DNA of 64,000 nucleotides, from positions 1,993 to 65,992 of the forward strand of contig JAQBRA010000006.1 in assembly GCA_028286685.1 (NCBI GenBank), written 5' to 3'. The notes below the pieces were generated by a model. The model was not told the origin of the DNA. It was given only the letters and a program-made list of their open reading frames with translations, and did not search any database. The stretch comes from Candidatus Adlerbacteria bacterium. GTDB lineage: Bacteria; Patescibacteriota; Minisyncoccia; Phycocordibacterales; SBAW01. Positions 9,270 through 19,700 of this stretch are shown piece by piece. The translations under genes were made by a program, and so were the position numbers. The stretch's first letter is position 1; each line of letters starts with the position of its first letter.

Positions 9270-9848
9270 ATGGCACTCGATCAGATAATCGGCATCCTGG
9301 AGACGTCCGGGTACTTGCTCCTTTTTCCCCTGGCGGTGATGGAGGGACCTATTATTACCGTCATCTCGGGCTTTTTGGTGTCGCTCGGCATTTTTAACGT
9401 ATTTATCGCCTACTCTATTATCGTCATAGGCGACATACTGGGCGACGCATTCTGGTACCTCTTGGGCCGCCACGGCAGCGGCTGGAAGTACACCCGGCCC
9501 ATAGAGAAATTCTTCGGCCTTACGCCCGAGCGCATTGAAAGCACTCGCGAGCGGTTCCGCACGCACCGCTACAAGATGATGATGGCCTCCAAGTTTATAC
9601 ACGGCGTCGGCTCGGCCGGACTTGTGGCAGCCGGCATGGTGCGCGTGCCCTACCTAACGTTTGCCACCACCTGCCTCACCGTTACGATGATACAAGCCGC
9701 GCTCTTTTTGGCGCTGGGCTACTTCTTTGGCCAAGCGTATGGGCAAATAGGCCAGTACCTTGATTATTTCGCCGCGGCGGGGCTCGTGATAGGATGTGTC
9801 GGTATAGCCTTGGGCATCTGGTACGTACGCCGGAATAAACAATCATGA
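9270..9848 (+). CDS. DedA-family membrane protein
   Basis: EGPI, GDILGDAFWYLLGR, SKFIHG, AGMVRVP. Confidence 0.85.
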   Translation: MALDQIIGILETSGYLLLFPLAVMEGPIITVISGFLVSLGIFNVFIAYSIIVIGDILGDAFWYLLGRHGSGWKYTRPIEKFFGLTPERIESTRERFRTHRYKMMMASKFIHGVGSAGLVAAGMVRVPYLTFATTCLTVTMIQAALFLALGYFFGQAYGQIGQYLDYFAAAGLVIGCVGIALGIWYVRRNKQS

Positions 9849-11017
9849 GAGTACTCATAGCATCAGACACGTATCATCCGCACGTCAACGGCGCGTCCTA
9901 CTTTACCCAGCGCTTGGCCCATGCGCTTGCCGAGGCCGGCCACGAAGTAGCGGTCGTCGCCCCGGGCCCCTCGCTCTCGCCTACTTACACCATGCACGGC
10001 CGCGTGCATTTTTACGGCGTGCGCTCCTTCCCTGTCTTTATCGTGCCCAAGTTCCGCTTCGTGATGCCGCTTATAAGCGCCATAAGCCAGCGCGCCGCCT
10101 CGGCTATTCGGGAGTTTAAGCCCGATGTCGTGCACATACAGATGCATTTCCCTATCAGTCGCATGGTGCTGCGCGAGGCGGCCAGGCGGGGCATCCCGGT
10201 CGTGGCGACTAACCACTTTATGCCCGAGAACCTCACCCACTACCTGCATCTCCCGGATTTTATTACCCACCAGATTCATACTTGGGCCTGGCAGGATGCC
10301 GCGCGGGTGCTTAGCAAGACTCGCGGCGTCTCCGCCCCCACCCGCACGGCCGGCGTCATGCTCGAGCCCTGGCTAAAGGCCGAGGTGCCGGCCATATCAA
10401 ACGGCATCGACCTTAAGCGCTTTAACCCCCAAAATGATCCTGCGCCTGCAAAAGCCCAGTACGCTTTGCCCGACAAGCCCACGCTGCTTTTTGTCGGCCG
10501 GCTCGATAAGGAAAAGAACATCGACGTGGTATTGCGTGCTGCGGCGCTGGCAAAGGAGCGCGCGGACTTCCACTTTGTCGTTGCAGGCCACGGCGCCGAG
10601 CAGAACAAGCTCCAGCGCCTCGCGCGCGAGCTGGGTATCGAGGACCGGGTTACCTTTACCGGATTCGTGCCCGACGGACTACTGGCAAGTCTGTATGCGG
10701 CCGCGGACTGCTTTGTAAACGCCGGCATTGCCGAGCTCCAGTGCATCGTAGCCATGGAAGCCATGGCTACCGGGCTGCCTATTATCGGCGCCCGGGCCGT
10801 GGCGCTCCCCGAGCTTATCCACCATGAGGAAAACGGCTTCCTGTTTAAGCCGGGCGACCACAAGGAGCTCGCAGGGCGCCTGATTGAGATGTTTTCAGAC
10901 GGGGCTATGCGGGAGCGCATGGGACAAGAGAGTCTCAAGATTATCGCAGGACACGACCTAAGCCTTACGCTCGAAGCGTTCGAGGATTTTTATCGGAAAG
11001 CAATGCTGCCTGCATGA
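9845..11017 (+). CDS. GT4 glycosyltransferase (diacylglycerol glucosyltransferase-like)
   Basis: SDTYHPHVNG, VGRLDKEKN, E-x7-E (ELQCIVAME); ATGA overlap with dedA. Confidence 0.9.
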   Translation: MRVLIASDTYHPHVNGASYFTQRLAHALAEAGHEVAVVAPGPSLSPTYTMHGRVHFYGVRSFPVFIVPKFRFVMPLISAISQRAASAIREFKPDVVHIQMHFPISRMVLREAARRGIPVVATNHFMPENLTHYLHLPDFITHQIHTWAWQDAARVLSKTRGVSAPTRTAGVMLEPWLKAEVPAISNGIDLKRFNPQNDPAPAKAQYALPDKPTLLFVGRLDKEKNIDVVLRAAALAKERADFHFVVAGHGAEQNKLQRLARELGIEDRVTFTGFVPDGLLASLYAAADCFVNAGIAELQCIVAMEAMATGLPIIGARAVALPELIHHEENGFLFKPGDHKELAGRLIEMFSDGAMRERMGQESLKIIAGHDLSLTLEAFEDFYRKAMLPA

Positions 11018-11673
11018 GCGTAAAAAAAGAAATAGCCGGCCTCTGGAGGCGCTATTGCGAAGCATTCGGACTGCCAGGATTCAAGGTATCTGCCCTTGCG
11101 GCACTAGCCTATTTTGCAGCAGCGCTTGTTCTTAATTTTTGGGCGATCAAGCAGGCGACGACGCGGGCGGGCGAAGGGGTGTCTGACATACTGCTCTCCA
11201 ATATCCCGGTGTTCGAGGTGGACCAGTTCTTCGTCTACGGGACCTTTATCGTAGCCGCCGTCAGCGCCGGCCTTATCCTGTGGAATCCTAAGCGCATACC
11301 GTTCGCCTTCAAGACCGTGGCGCTTTTCATCCTCATCCGCTCGCTCTTTACGCTCATGACGCATCTGGGCCCGCCCGAGGCGCATTACGTGACCGAGTTC
11401 GGCGACGCGATTGCAAACTCCTTTTTCGGAGCGGACCAGTTCTTCTCGGCCCATACCGGCATGCCGTTCTTGGGCTTTTTAGGATTCTTTTCCATCGACC
11501 GCCGCGTGCGCGCCTTCTTCCTCGCCTCGTCCCTCTACTTTGCGGCAGTAGTCCTCCTGGGGCATATCCACTACACGATAGACGTCGCCTCGGCCTTTTT
11601 CATCACCTACGGCATATTCCATATCGCCCAGTGGCTGATGCCCCGCGACTGGGCGCTTTTTAAGTCGGCTTAA
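11014..11673 (+). CDS. Sphingomyelin-synthase/PAP2_C-like membrane phosphotransferase
   Basis: DQFFSAHT and HYTIDV motifs; 6 TM; ATGA overlap with GT4. Confidence 0.75.
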   Translation: MSVKKEIAGLWRRYCEAFGLPGFKVSALAALAYFAAALVLNFWAIKQATTRAGEGVSDILLSNIPVFEVDQFFVYGTFIVAAVSAGLILWNPKRIPFAFKTVALFILIRSLFTLMTHLGPPEAHYVTEFGDAIANSFFGADQFFSAHTGMPFLGFLGFFSIDRRVRAFFLASSLYFAAVVLLGHIHYTIDVASAFFITYGIFHIAQWLMPRDWALFKSA

Positions 11674-11731
11674 GTGCTCCTGCTTGCGTTTTAGCGTTAT
11701 TTTGTAAGGTTTTTTTGCTCTTTTATGGTAG

Positions 11732-11766
11732 GCTTCATGAATAGTTCAGGTTACATACCTGATACT
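11732..11766 (+). promoter_or_regulatory. Direct-repeat box plus -10 upstream of the response regulator (possible autoregulation)
   Basis: GCTTCA-tgaat-AGTTCA-N12-GATACT. Confidence 0.6.
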
Positions 11767-11799
11767 TGAAGGGTATTAATCGTTCACAAACCCTTACGT

Positions 11800-12489
11800 A
11801 TGCACTTACTCATAGTCGAAGACGAAGAGCGCTTGGCCAAGGCTCTCAAGAAAGGCCTCGAGCTCAAGGGCTTTGCCGTAGACTGGCTCCCCGACCCGGA
11901 AAAGGCCCGGAGCCGCATACTCCTCTACCGCAACGAATACGACCTTATCATCCTCGACCTCATGCTGCCGGGACTCGATGGCGCTACCATTACCGAGTCG
12001 GTCCGCCAGGAAAATGTCACTACCCCCATTATCATCCTAACCGCGCGCAACGAGACCGAGCACAAGGTGGATCTCCTCAACAAGGGCGCCGACGACTACA
12101 TCGTCAAGCCGTTCTCATTCGAGGAGCTCCTGTCCCGCATCAACGCAGTGCTGCGCCGCCCCGCCCAAACCAAGCCCGTTACCATAAAAGTGGGGCCACT
12201 CGAGATGGATATGGCCACCCGCGTCGTGCGCAAGAGCGGCGAGGAAGTGGCGCTGACCTTAAAGGAGTTCTCGCTGCTGGAGTGCTTTATGCGCCAGCCC
12301 GGCGAAGTGCTCTCCCGCGAGAAGCTGTTTGACCACGTATGGGACTTCAATTCCCTCTCCTGGAGCAACGTGCTCGACGTACACATGAAGAACCTGCGAA
12401 AGAAGCTTGGCACCAACGAAGATGGAGACCAACTATTTGAAACAGTTAGGGGCGTGGGCTACCGCCTCCTGGGGGAAATTCGCGCATAG
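11800..12489 (+). CDS. OmpR/PhoB-family response regulator
   Basis: VEDE, LDLMLP, GADDYIVKPF, winged-helix VHMKNLRKK...TVRGVGY. Confidence 0.95.
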   Translation: MHLLIVEDEERLAKALKKGLELKGFAVDWLPDPEKARSRILLYRNEYDLIILDLMLPGLDGATITESVRQENVTTPIIILTARNETEHKVDLLNKGADDYIVKPFSFEELLSRINAVLRRPAQTKPVTIKVGPLEMDMATRVVRKSGEEVALTLKEFSLLECFMRQPGEVLSREKLFDHVWDFNSLSWSNVLDVHMKNLRKKLGTNEDGDQLFETVRGVGYRLLGEIRA

Positions 12490-13477
12490 CTATACAAGCG
12501 ACGTCTTCTTCCGCACGGCAGTCCACATCGTCGCCCTCCAGGTAGGGTTTGTACTGGTGTGCATGGGAGCCCTCCTGCTGGTGGCGACGTACGCGCAAAG
12601 CAGCATCGTGATGCTGGGACTCCTCTTCGTGGCCGCGGTTGCGGCCGCAGGGCTCCTGATACGCTTCAGCCTTAGGCCGGCCCGCGACAACCTGCGCCAC
12701 CAGAAGCTCTTCATCTCCAACGTGGCCCACGAGCTGCGCACGCCGCTTTCCATAATAAAGACTACCAGCGAGGTGGCGCTGTTTGACGAGTCGCTCGAGC
12801 CTGAAATAAAGGCCTCGTTCCAAGAAATTATCGGCGAGCTTAACCGCGTGTCCGAAATCATCAACAACCTCTTGTCCCTTAACGCGCTGGCGCGCCCGGA
12901 ACGCATGCAGTTTAAGAACCTGGACCTCATACCGCTGGCAGAATCGGTCACCGGGCGCTACCAGGCGCTGGCCCGTGAGCGCAAGATCAAGCTCCTGCTG
13001 CGCACCGAAACGGGCTCTATCGTGTGGGGCAACGCCACGGGCCTTGAGCAGGTCATGTCCAACCTGGTTAAGAACGCGCTTTCCTATACCCCGCGAGACT
13101 CCGGCGGGAGCGTGTCCGTAACCCTGCGGCCGCAGGAGGGCATGGTGCTCTTTGCGGTGGAGGACAACGGCGTCGGCATATCGCAAGAGGAGCTTTTGCA
13201 TATTTTTGAGCCGTTCTACCGCGCTGACAGCTCGCGCAACCGCAAAGGGCAGGAGGAGGGCTCGGGCCTGGGGCTTACCATAGTCAACGAGATGGTGCGC
13301 GTGCATCGCGGCAAAATACACGTGGAGAGCCGACGCAAGACGCACAAGCACCCAGGCGGCACCACGGTGTCGGTTCTGCTGCCCTTGGGCGGCGCCGCGG
13401 CGCGCGCGGCACAGGAATTGAACAAGACTTCGCTCGATTTCTCCGGGCATTCCCACAACAATATGAACGGGTCATAA
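12422..13477 (+). CDS. Sensor histidine kinase with almost no extracellular loop
   Basis: Two close TMs; AHELRTPL, NLVKNA, DNGVGI, GSGLGL. Confidence 0.9.
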   Translation: METNYLKQLGAWATASWGKFAHSYTSDVFFRTAVHIVALQVGFVLVCMGALLLVATYAQSSIVMLGLLFVAAVAAAGLLIRFSLRPARDNLRHQKLFISNVAHELRTPLSIIKTTSEVALFDESLEPEIKASFQEIIGELNRVSEIINNLLSLNALARPERMQFKNLDLIPLAESVTGRYQALARERKIKLLLRTETGSIVWGNATGLEQVMSNLVKNALSYTPRDSGGSVSVTLRPQEGMVLFAVEDNGVGISQEELLHIFEPFYRADSSRNRKGQEEGSGLGLTIVNEMVRVHRGKIHVESRRKTHKHPGGTTVSVLLPLGGAAARAAQELNKTSLDFSGHSHNNMNGS

Positions 13478-13479
13478 GA

Positions 13480-13513
13480 GGTTCACTGCGGGTTCAGAGG
13501 ACGCGAGTACAAT
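13480..13513 (+). promoter_or_regulatory. Perfect direct-repeat box plus -10
   Basis: GGTTCA-ctgcg-GGTTCA-gaggacgcgag-TACAAT. Confidence 0.65.
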
Positions 13514-13519
13514 GGGGAG

Positions 13520-13712
13520 GTAAGCGGACTTCAACCAATAGGGTGCCGCATACACAAGCACGGCGCACATGAGCCGCATAGCGGCCGCCGTCACTTCGCA
13601 GACATGACAGCAGTTACAAAAAGCGTAACAGGTTAGGTCAACACCAGCATGGAAAAAGTCAGCACCTAAGCCGGAGGGCTGGGCCGCCTTACAGGCGTCC
13701 CGGCCCTCCGGC
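13520..13712 (+). ncRNA. Candidate structured small RNA
   Basis: Follows a promoter, encodes only very short ORFs, has a chain of short hairpins and ends in a long GC hairpin at 13670-13712. Confidence 0.4.
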
Positions 13713-13764
13713 GCTGACGTGCCCGCCTTGTAATTTTTCGCTCCTATGGCAGTCTTATAGGCAT

Positions 13765-14241
13765 ATGACTAAAACCGGCTGGGCGCTTGCCCTTGTATCC
13801 CTGGGTATCGTAATTGCGGCTCTTATCCTTTTTATACTTCCGGGCAAGACTAATGCCCCGACGACCGGCACCGACCAGCCCGCCACGACTACCCCGGCCG
13901 GGAACCTGGTTGCGCAGATCCCCAACACTATAGTGGTCAGCGCTCCGTACATAAACGGCGAAGTATCCTCGCCGCTTACTATCACCGGCAGCGCTCGGGC
14001 CTGGTATTTCGAAGCCTCCTTCCCCATTGAGATCCGCAACGCATCCGGCACGATCATCGGCCAGGGTCCCGCACAGGCACAGGGCGATTGGATGACCAGC
14101 GACTTCGTGCCGTTTGTCGCCACGCTTTCTTTCCCGGCACAGCCCGCCGGCTCCCCGGGCACGATTATCCTGCGCAAGGACAATCCTTCCGGCCTGCCCC
14201 AAAACGACGAATCGCTTTCTCTCCCCGTCGTCTTCCAATAA
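13765..14241 (+). CDS. Gmad2 immunoglobulin-like domain membrane protein
   Basis: N-terminal TM; SPLTITGSARAWYFEASFP, WMTSDFVPF, DNPSGLP. Confidence 0.85.
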   Translation: MTKTGWALALVSLGIVIAALILFILPGKTNAPTTGTDQPATTTPAGNLVAQIPNTIVVSAPYINGEVSSPLTITGSARAWYFEASFPIEIRNASGTIIGQGPAQAQGDWMTSDFVPFVATLSFPAQPAGSPGTIILRKDNPSGLPQNDESLSLPVVFQ

Positions 14242-14249
14242 GTCGGAAG

Positions 14250-14284
14250 GCTTCATCTAAACTTAAGGCGAAAAGAGCAATAGT
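14250..14284 (+). promoter_or_regulatory. Direct-repeat box plus weak -10
   Basis: GCTTCA-tctaa-ACTTAA-N12-AATAGT. Confidence 0.45.
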
Positions 14285-14356
14285 AGCGTCTGGCTCCCCC
14301 AGGCGCTTTTTGCGCTACAGGTTAGCAGGGCATTTATTAGCATTTATCCAAGAGAT

Positions 14357-15877
14357 ATGAACTCATCACTTATCAGCGCAGACACTGTTTATAAAAAGAC
14401 GCTGGCAGCTTTTACGATCGCAGGCATGCTCCTGGCGTCGACTCCGGTCATGGCCGACAGCTCGATAACTGTCTCGCTCTCCTCTCCTGCATCGCAGGAG
14501 ATATCGGGAGATTTTGACATTACGGCCACCTTCTCGGCCGACGTGGTCGACTTCGACGCGAGCGACGTGCACCCTACCCTGGGGCAGATAAAGAACTTCC
14601 AGGCAATGAGCTCGAGTACGTACACCTTTACGTTCGACCCGGACGACTTGCAGTCGCCACAGGAAGTGCACGTCGATATCAGCGGCGATCGGGTGCACGA
14701 CCAAAACGGCAACACCAACCAGGCGTCCGCACAGCTCTCGCGCATGTTTATTCCGGGCGGTACCTCTACCTCGACCGGCACCACGACCGACAATGGAGGC
14801 GGCACGGGTACCACCACTCCTCCAGGCGGCACCGGGACTACCACGCCCCCGGGCGACACGGGCACTACCACCCCTCCTAACAATGGAACAAGCACTCTTC
14901 CCACAAACGGAGGAGGCAGCGCTTCCTCGACCATAGCAATAGAGATCACCAGCGGTCCCCAAGAGGGCGAGCTGGTCCACGCTACCAGCGCCATCTTTGC
15001 CTTTACCTCGACCGCCTCGACCACCGAGTGCAAGTTTGGCGACTTGGGCGGCTTCCAGAACTGCGACAGCCTGACGGCAGGCCCATACGGTCTCTACGAG
15101 GGGACGGACGTGTTCCAGATCCGCGGCACCAACCTGGACGGCGCCTCGAGCACCGTCACGCGCACCTTCATGGTCGACTTCCCGCCGGTGCTGACGCTCG
15201 GCTCTATCGCCACCTCTAGCGATGACAAGCCCGCCAGTATCACCTTCGGCTCCTCCGAGGCCGGCACTACGACGGTTGCCGGCGGCTGCTCTACGGCCTC
15301 CACCACCGTTGCAGTAGGTACCAGCACCATCGAGCTCGTCCCGACAGCTGAGCCCGGCACCCATACCTGCACGCTTACCGTAACCGACGCTTCGGGCGGC
15401 GTAAGCAACACGCTCACCATCCTGCCGGAGTTCACTATTGCAGCACCTGCATCAAACAATGAGGACGAGGAGGAGGGCCGCCGCTCTTCCGGCGGCAGCT
15501 TCCGCCGCGCTATTCCGGTAGTAGTAGTTGAGGGAGACTCGGGCTCCTCTGAACCTCTCTCCGACTTCCCTACCGTCATCACCGACACCTCTGGCGGCGT
15601 AGGCGGCGAGGGTGACAACACTTCCGGCTTCCCGGGCGCCGGGCCCGTAGTTGTGGGCGGCTCCGCGCTTGCCCCGGGCGAGGTCCTGGGCGAGGAAGTC
15701 GAGCCTGCTACGACCACCGGCACTACAGTAACCGGTACTATCGGCGCAGGCGCCGCTGCAGCAGGCAGCGCAGCCGTGGTCCCGCCGTGGGCCTGGTTTC
15801 TCCTGGCGCTCATACTCTTGGCAGCCTTGCTCTATTGGGCATACCGCCGGAGCGTAGCCTACGAGACCACTCGATAA
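14357..15877 (+). CDS. Ig-like (Big) Ser/Thr-rich cell-surface protein
   Basis: Signal peptide, Ig-like modules, GTGTTTPP repeats, GEVLG motif, C-terminal TM plus YRR. Confidence 0.8.
   Translation: MNSSLISADTVYKKTLAAFTIAGMLLASTPVMADSSITVSLSSPASQEISGDFDITATFSADVVDFDASDVHPTLGQIKNFQAMSSSTYTFTFDPDDLQSPQEVHVDISGDRVHDQNGNTNQASAQLSRMFIPGGTSTSTGTTTDNGGGTGTTTPPGGTGTTTPPGDTGTTTPPNNGTSTLPTNGGGSASSTIAIEITSGPQEGELVHATSAIFAFTSTASTTECKFGDLGGFQNCDSLTAGPYGLYEGTDVFQIRGTNLDGASSTVTRTFMVDFPPVLTLGSIATSSDDKPASITFGSSEAGTTTVAGGCSTASTTVAVGTSTIELVPTAEPGTHTCTLTVTDASGGVSNTLTILPEFTIAAPASNNEDEEEGRRSSGGSFRRAIPVVVVEGDSGSSEPLSDFPTVITDTSGGVGGEGDNTSGFPGAGPVVVGGSALAPGEVLGEEVEPATTTGTTVTGTIGAGAAAAGSAAVVPPWAWFLLALILLAALLYWAYRRSVAYETTR
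14770..14880 (+). repeat. Degenerate coding tandem repeat (G/D-TGTTTPP)
   Basis: About 27-nt units encoding GGTGTTTPP, GGTGTTTPP, GDTGTTTPP. Confidence 0.6.
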
Positions 15878-15886
15878 CTCTCCAGA

Positions 15887-15921
15887 AATAACAAAACCCC
15901 GCGTAAAGCGGGGTTTTGTTA
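15887..15921. terminator. Bidirectional terminator
   Basis: ATAACAAAACCCCGC-GTAAA-GCGGGGTTTTGTTAT. Confidence 0.8.
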
Positions 15922-15930
15922 TGCGAAGCT

Positions 15931-16452
15931 CTACAGAAGCAGATCCCTATCCTTCTCTTTGGCCTCAAGCTTGAGATTTTCCGCGCGCCAGCCTATGCCG
16001 TTGGCGATAATCTGAAGCATGGAGCCCGCTCCGGCAAGCGCCAGGAAGAAAACGACGGACCATGCCCAGGGAAAGACGAAGTAGCAGAAGGTTACCACCA
16101 GTGCGCTCCATACCCCGATGCACCACGGGCAGTTTAAGAGATCGTAGACGGTAGAGCGGAAGCCCGAAACATGCGGCTTAACCTCGACATACCAAGTGCC
16201 GTCCTTCTCGTAACTGCGGGTTTCGGCAAACAGCTCGCGGAACCAGCGAGTGATCTTATCGTAGACCACCAGGCGCGTAACGCGGAAGGCTGCAAAGGCC
16301 ATTAAGAGGGCGTCGAAGGGCGGCACAGCCACCAGGTAGCCGCCGCGCAGCTCGCGCATGCCCCAAAGCGCCGCTACGAGAACTGCTATAAAAAACAGGG
16401 AAAATATGAAGTTCCAGAAGTTCTGGTCTTCCTTGATGCGTTGTGTTGGCAT
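15931..16452 (-). CDS. DUF1360-family membrane protein
   Basis: FRVTRLVVYDKIT and LLNCPWCIGVW motifs. Confidence 0.8.
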   Translation of the reverse strand: MPTQRIKEDQNFWNFIFSLFFIAVLVAALWGMRELRGGYLVAVPPFDALLMAFAAFRVTRLVVYDKITRWFRELFAETRSYEKDGTWYVEVKPHVSGFRSTVYDLLNCPWCIGVWSALVVTFCYFVFPWAWSVVFFLALAGAGSMLQIIANGIGWRAENLKLEAKEKDRDLLL

Positions 16453-16667
16453 GCCAACATTCTACACCAGTCCCGCCAAGCCAAAGGCCTGCAGCGCAAC
16501 ACATTTAAAATACACAAGTCAATAGCACCTAAAACGGCCTGGTTAGGCCATATGCCGGAGTGGGAGAAAGTGCTCAAAAATAAGGCAATTTTGGGGTAAA
16601 AAAGTCCAATTTGACAACGTTTTATAAAAATATGGTTGCTTTTGCATGAATTTAGTTCTGTTCTTGG

Positions 16668-16676
16668 TTATACACA
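16668..16676 (+). promoter_or_regulatory. Putative DnaA box upstream of nrdA
   Basis: TTATACACA matches TTWTNCACA in the AT-rich intergenic region. Confidence 0.35.
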
Positions 16677-16757
16677 GGCTCATTTCATGCGACGGGGGCG
16701 ATAATGGGAGTTCTGATCCGCATTATTAGTCCCCTTACCCACTAAGCACCCCGTATT

Positions 16758-19700
16758 ATGGCGACGCCTAAAGTCAAGAAGCGCAACGGTTCCATCGCAG
16801 ATTTCGAGCCGGCCAAGATCACCGTTGCCGTACAAAAGGCGTTTGCCGCAGTAACCGGGGACAGCCACGACCAGGACGCCATCGCCATCACCAAAGTGGT
16901 GGTCGATACGCTCGAGGCCAAGTTCGGCAACACGGCGTTTGTCCCGACCGTGGAGGACGTGCAGGACCTGGTGGAGATGGCGCTTATGGAGCGCAGCTAC
17001 TTCGGGGTTGCCAAGGACTACATCATTTACCGCTACGAGCACTCCAAGGCCCGCGAGGAGAAGCGCGAGGAGATCGCCGAGCTGATAGAGGAGAACGCCC
17101 TTTTTATCACCAAGCGCGACGATACCCGCGAGCACTTTAGCGAGACCAAACTCACCCGCTCCCTAATGTTCGCTTCGGTGGGCTACGAGACTATCATCGA
17201 CACCCCGGCAGTTATCGCCCGCGTGCGCCAGGAAATGTACGACGGCATCAAGACCAAGGACATCCATGATGTCCTTATCATGGTGACCCGCTCGATGATC
17301 GAGCGCGACCCGGCCTACTCCTACGTAGCCGCGCGGCTCCTCCTACAGCACATGTACCGCGACGCCATCGGCGAAATAAGCGACTTTACGAAGCTCGAGG
17401 ACGAGCACAAGGCCGCCTTTGCCCGCAATATTGCGCGCGGCGTAGAGGTCGGCTGGTTTGATCCTGAGATGCTCACGTTTAACCTGCAGAAGCTTGCTGA
17501 GTCCCTGGTTATCGAGCGCGACCATGACTTTAAGTACCTCGGCCTCCAGACGCTCCACGCCAACTACCTCTCCAAGGAGCACAAGACCCGCAAGCTCCTG
17601 GAGACCCCGCAGATGTTCTGGATGCGCGTAGCCATGGGCTGCGCCTTGGCGGAGAAGACCCCCGAGCTGCGCGAGTCGCAGGCTATCGAGTTCTACGAGA
17701 TCATGTCGGCCATGTACTACATGCCGTCCTCCCCGACCCTCTACCACGCGGGCACGACCGTGCCGCAACTCTCCTCGTGCTTCCTCTCGACCGTTCCGGA
17801 CGACCTGCACTCCATCTTTGACGAGTACAAGGATGGCGCACAGCTTTTGAAGTACGCAGGCGGCCTCGGCGTCGACTGGTCCTACATCCGCGCCGCAGGC
17901 TCTTTGGTTTCCAAAACCGGCGTTGAGAGCCAGGGCGTAGTTCCCTTCCTGCGCATCGAGAACGACGTCACCATCTCCATTAACCGCTCGGGACGACGCC
18001 GCGGCGCAACCGCCGTGTACCTGGAGTACTGGCACCTCGAAATTGAGGACTTCATGGAGCTGCGCAAGAACACCGGCGACGAGCGCCGCCGCGCCCATGA
18101 CCTCAACACCGCCACCTGGATTCCGGACCTCTTTATGAAGCGCCTCAAGGAGGACGGCCAGTGGACCCTCTTTAGCCCCTCAGACACCCCCGACCTCCAC
18201 GACCTCTACGGCCGCCGCTTTGACGAGGCCTACGAGCGCTACGAGAAGCTCGCGGCCGAGGGCCAGATCAAGCACCACAAGGTTTTGAAGGCTTCAGATC
18301 TCTGGCGCAAGCACATCACCATGCTCTTCGAAAGCGGTCACCCGTGGATTACCTGGAAGGACCCGTGCAACGTCCGCAGCCCTCAAGACCACGTGGGCGT
18401 CGTGCACTCCTCAAACCTCTGCACCGAGATCACCCTCAACACCTCGGCAACCGAGACCGCCGTATGCAACCTAGGCTCGCTTAACTTGGGTGCGTTTGTA
18501 ACCACTGGAGCGAAGTTCGACCGCGACCTCGTGGCGCGCGTAGTGCCGGTTGCCATGCGCATGCTCGACAACGTCATCGATGTTAACTTCTACCCTACGG
18601 AGAAGACCAAGAACTCCAACATGCGCCACCGCCCGGTTGGCTTGGGCCTGCGCGGCCTTATGGATGCGCTCTACAAGATGGGCATCAACTTCGACACCGA
18701 TGAGGCGGTCAAGTTCAGCGACGAGAGCCAGGAGGTCATTTCCTACCACTGCATCCTCTCTTCCTCGCTTCTGGCCAAGGAGCGCGGCACCTACGAGACC
18801 TACAAGGGCTCCAAGTGGGACCGCGGGATCCTGCCGCAGGACACTATCGCCCTTTTGGAGGCCGAGCGCGGCCTGAAAATTGACGTGCCGCGCCACGAGA
18901 CTTTGGACTGGCGCTTGGTGCGCGAGGCGGTCCGCAGCTGGGGTATGCGCAACTCAAACACCCAGGCCCATGCGCCAACCGCAACCACGGCCAACATCGC
19001 CGGCTGCTACCCTACCGTGGAGCCGATCTACAAGAACATCTACGTGAAGTCCAACATGGCCGGCGACTTCATGATCGTCAACGAGTTTTTGGTGGAAGAC
19101 CTCAAGAAGCTCGGGCTCTGGAGCCAGGACATGCTCGAAAAGATCAAGTTCCACGATGGCTCGGTCCAGCAGATCCAGGAGATCCCGCCGGGCATCCGCG
19201 AAAAGTACAAGGAAGTGTTCGAGATGGAGCCGCAGTGGCTCATTAAGGCCGCCGCCTACCGCGGCCGTTGGATCGACCAATCGCAGTCCCTTAACATCTT
19301 CTACGGCGGCACCTCGGGCCGCGTACTCTCGGAAATCTACCAGTACGCCTGGAACATGGGTCTTAAGACCACCTACTACCTGCGCACCATGGGTGCCTCG
19401 CGCGTCGAGAAGTCGACCCTGGACATGGGCAAGCACGGCGCGACTTCCAGCAAGGATGCCGGCGTCGCCTCAGGCCCTGTAGCCTCGAGCGTGGTCATAC
19501 AAGAGACCGTAACCGTTGCAAGCCAAGACAGCCTGATGGCCCAGGCCATGCATGCCAACACTGCTGCCGAGGCCGTGGCCATGATGACGGTCGGCGAGGT
19601 TGTGGCGGACGTAGAGGCTGCCCTGATAGATGCAGGCCAGATGGAGCTCATAGAGGCCGCCAAGAAGGCTCCGTACGCCGCAGGATCGATGTTTGAGGCT

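Noticed and set aside
16500-16750. NrdR boxes upstream of nrdA
   Set aside because: I found no convincing tandem match to the NrdR palindrome.
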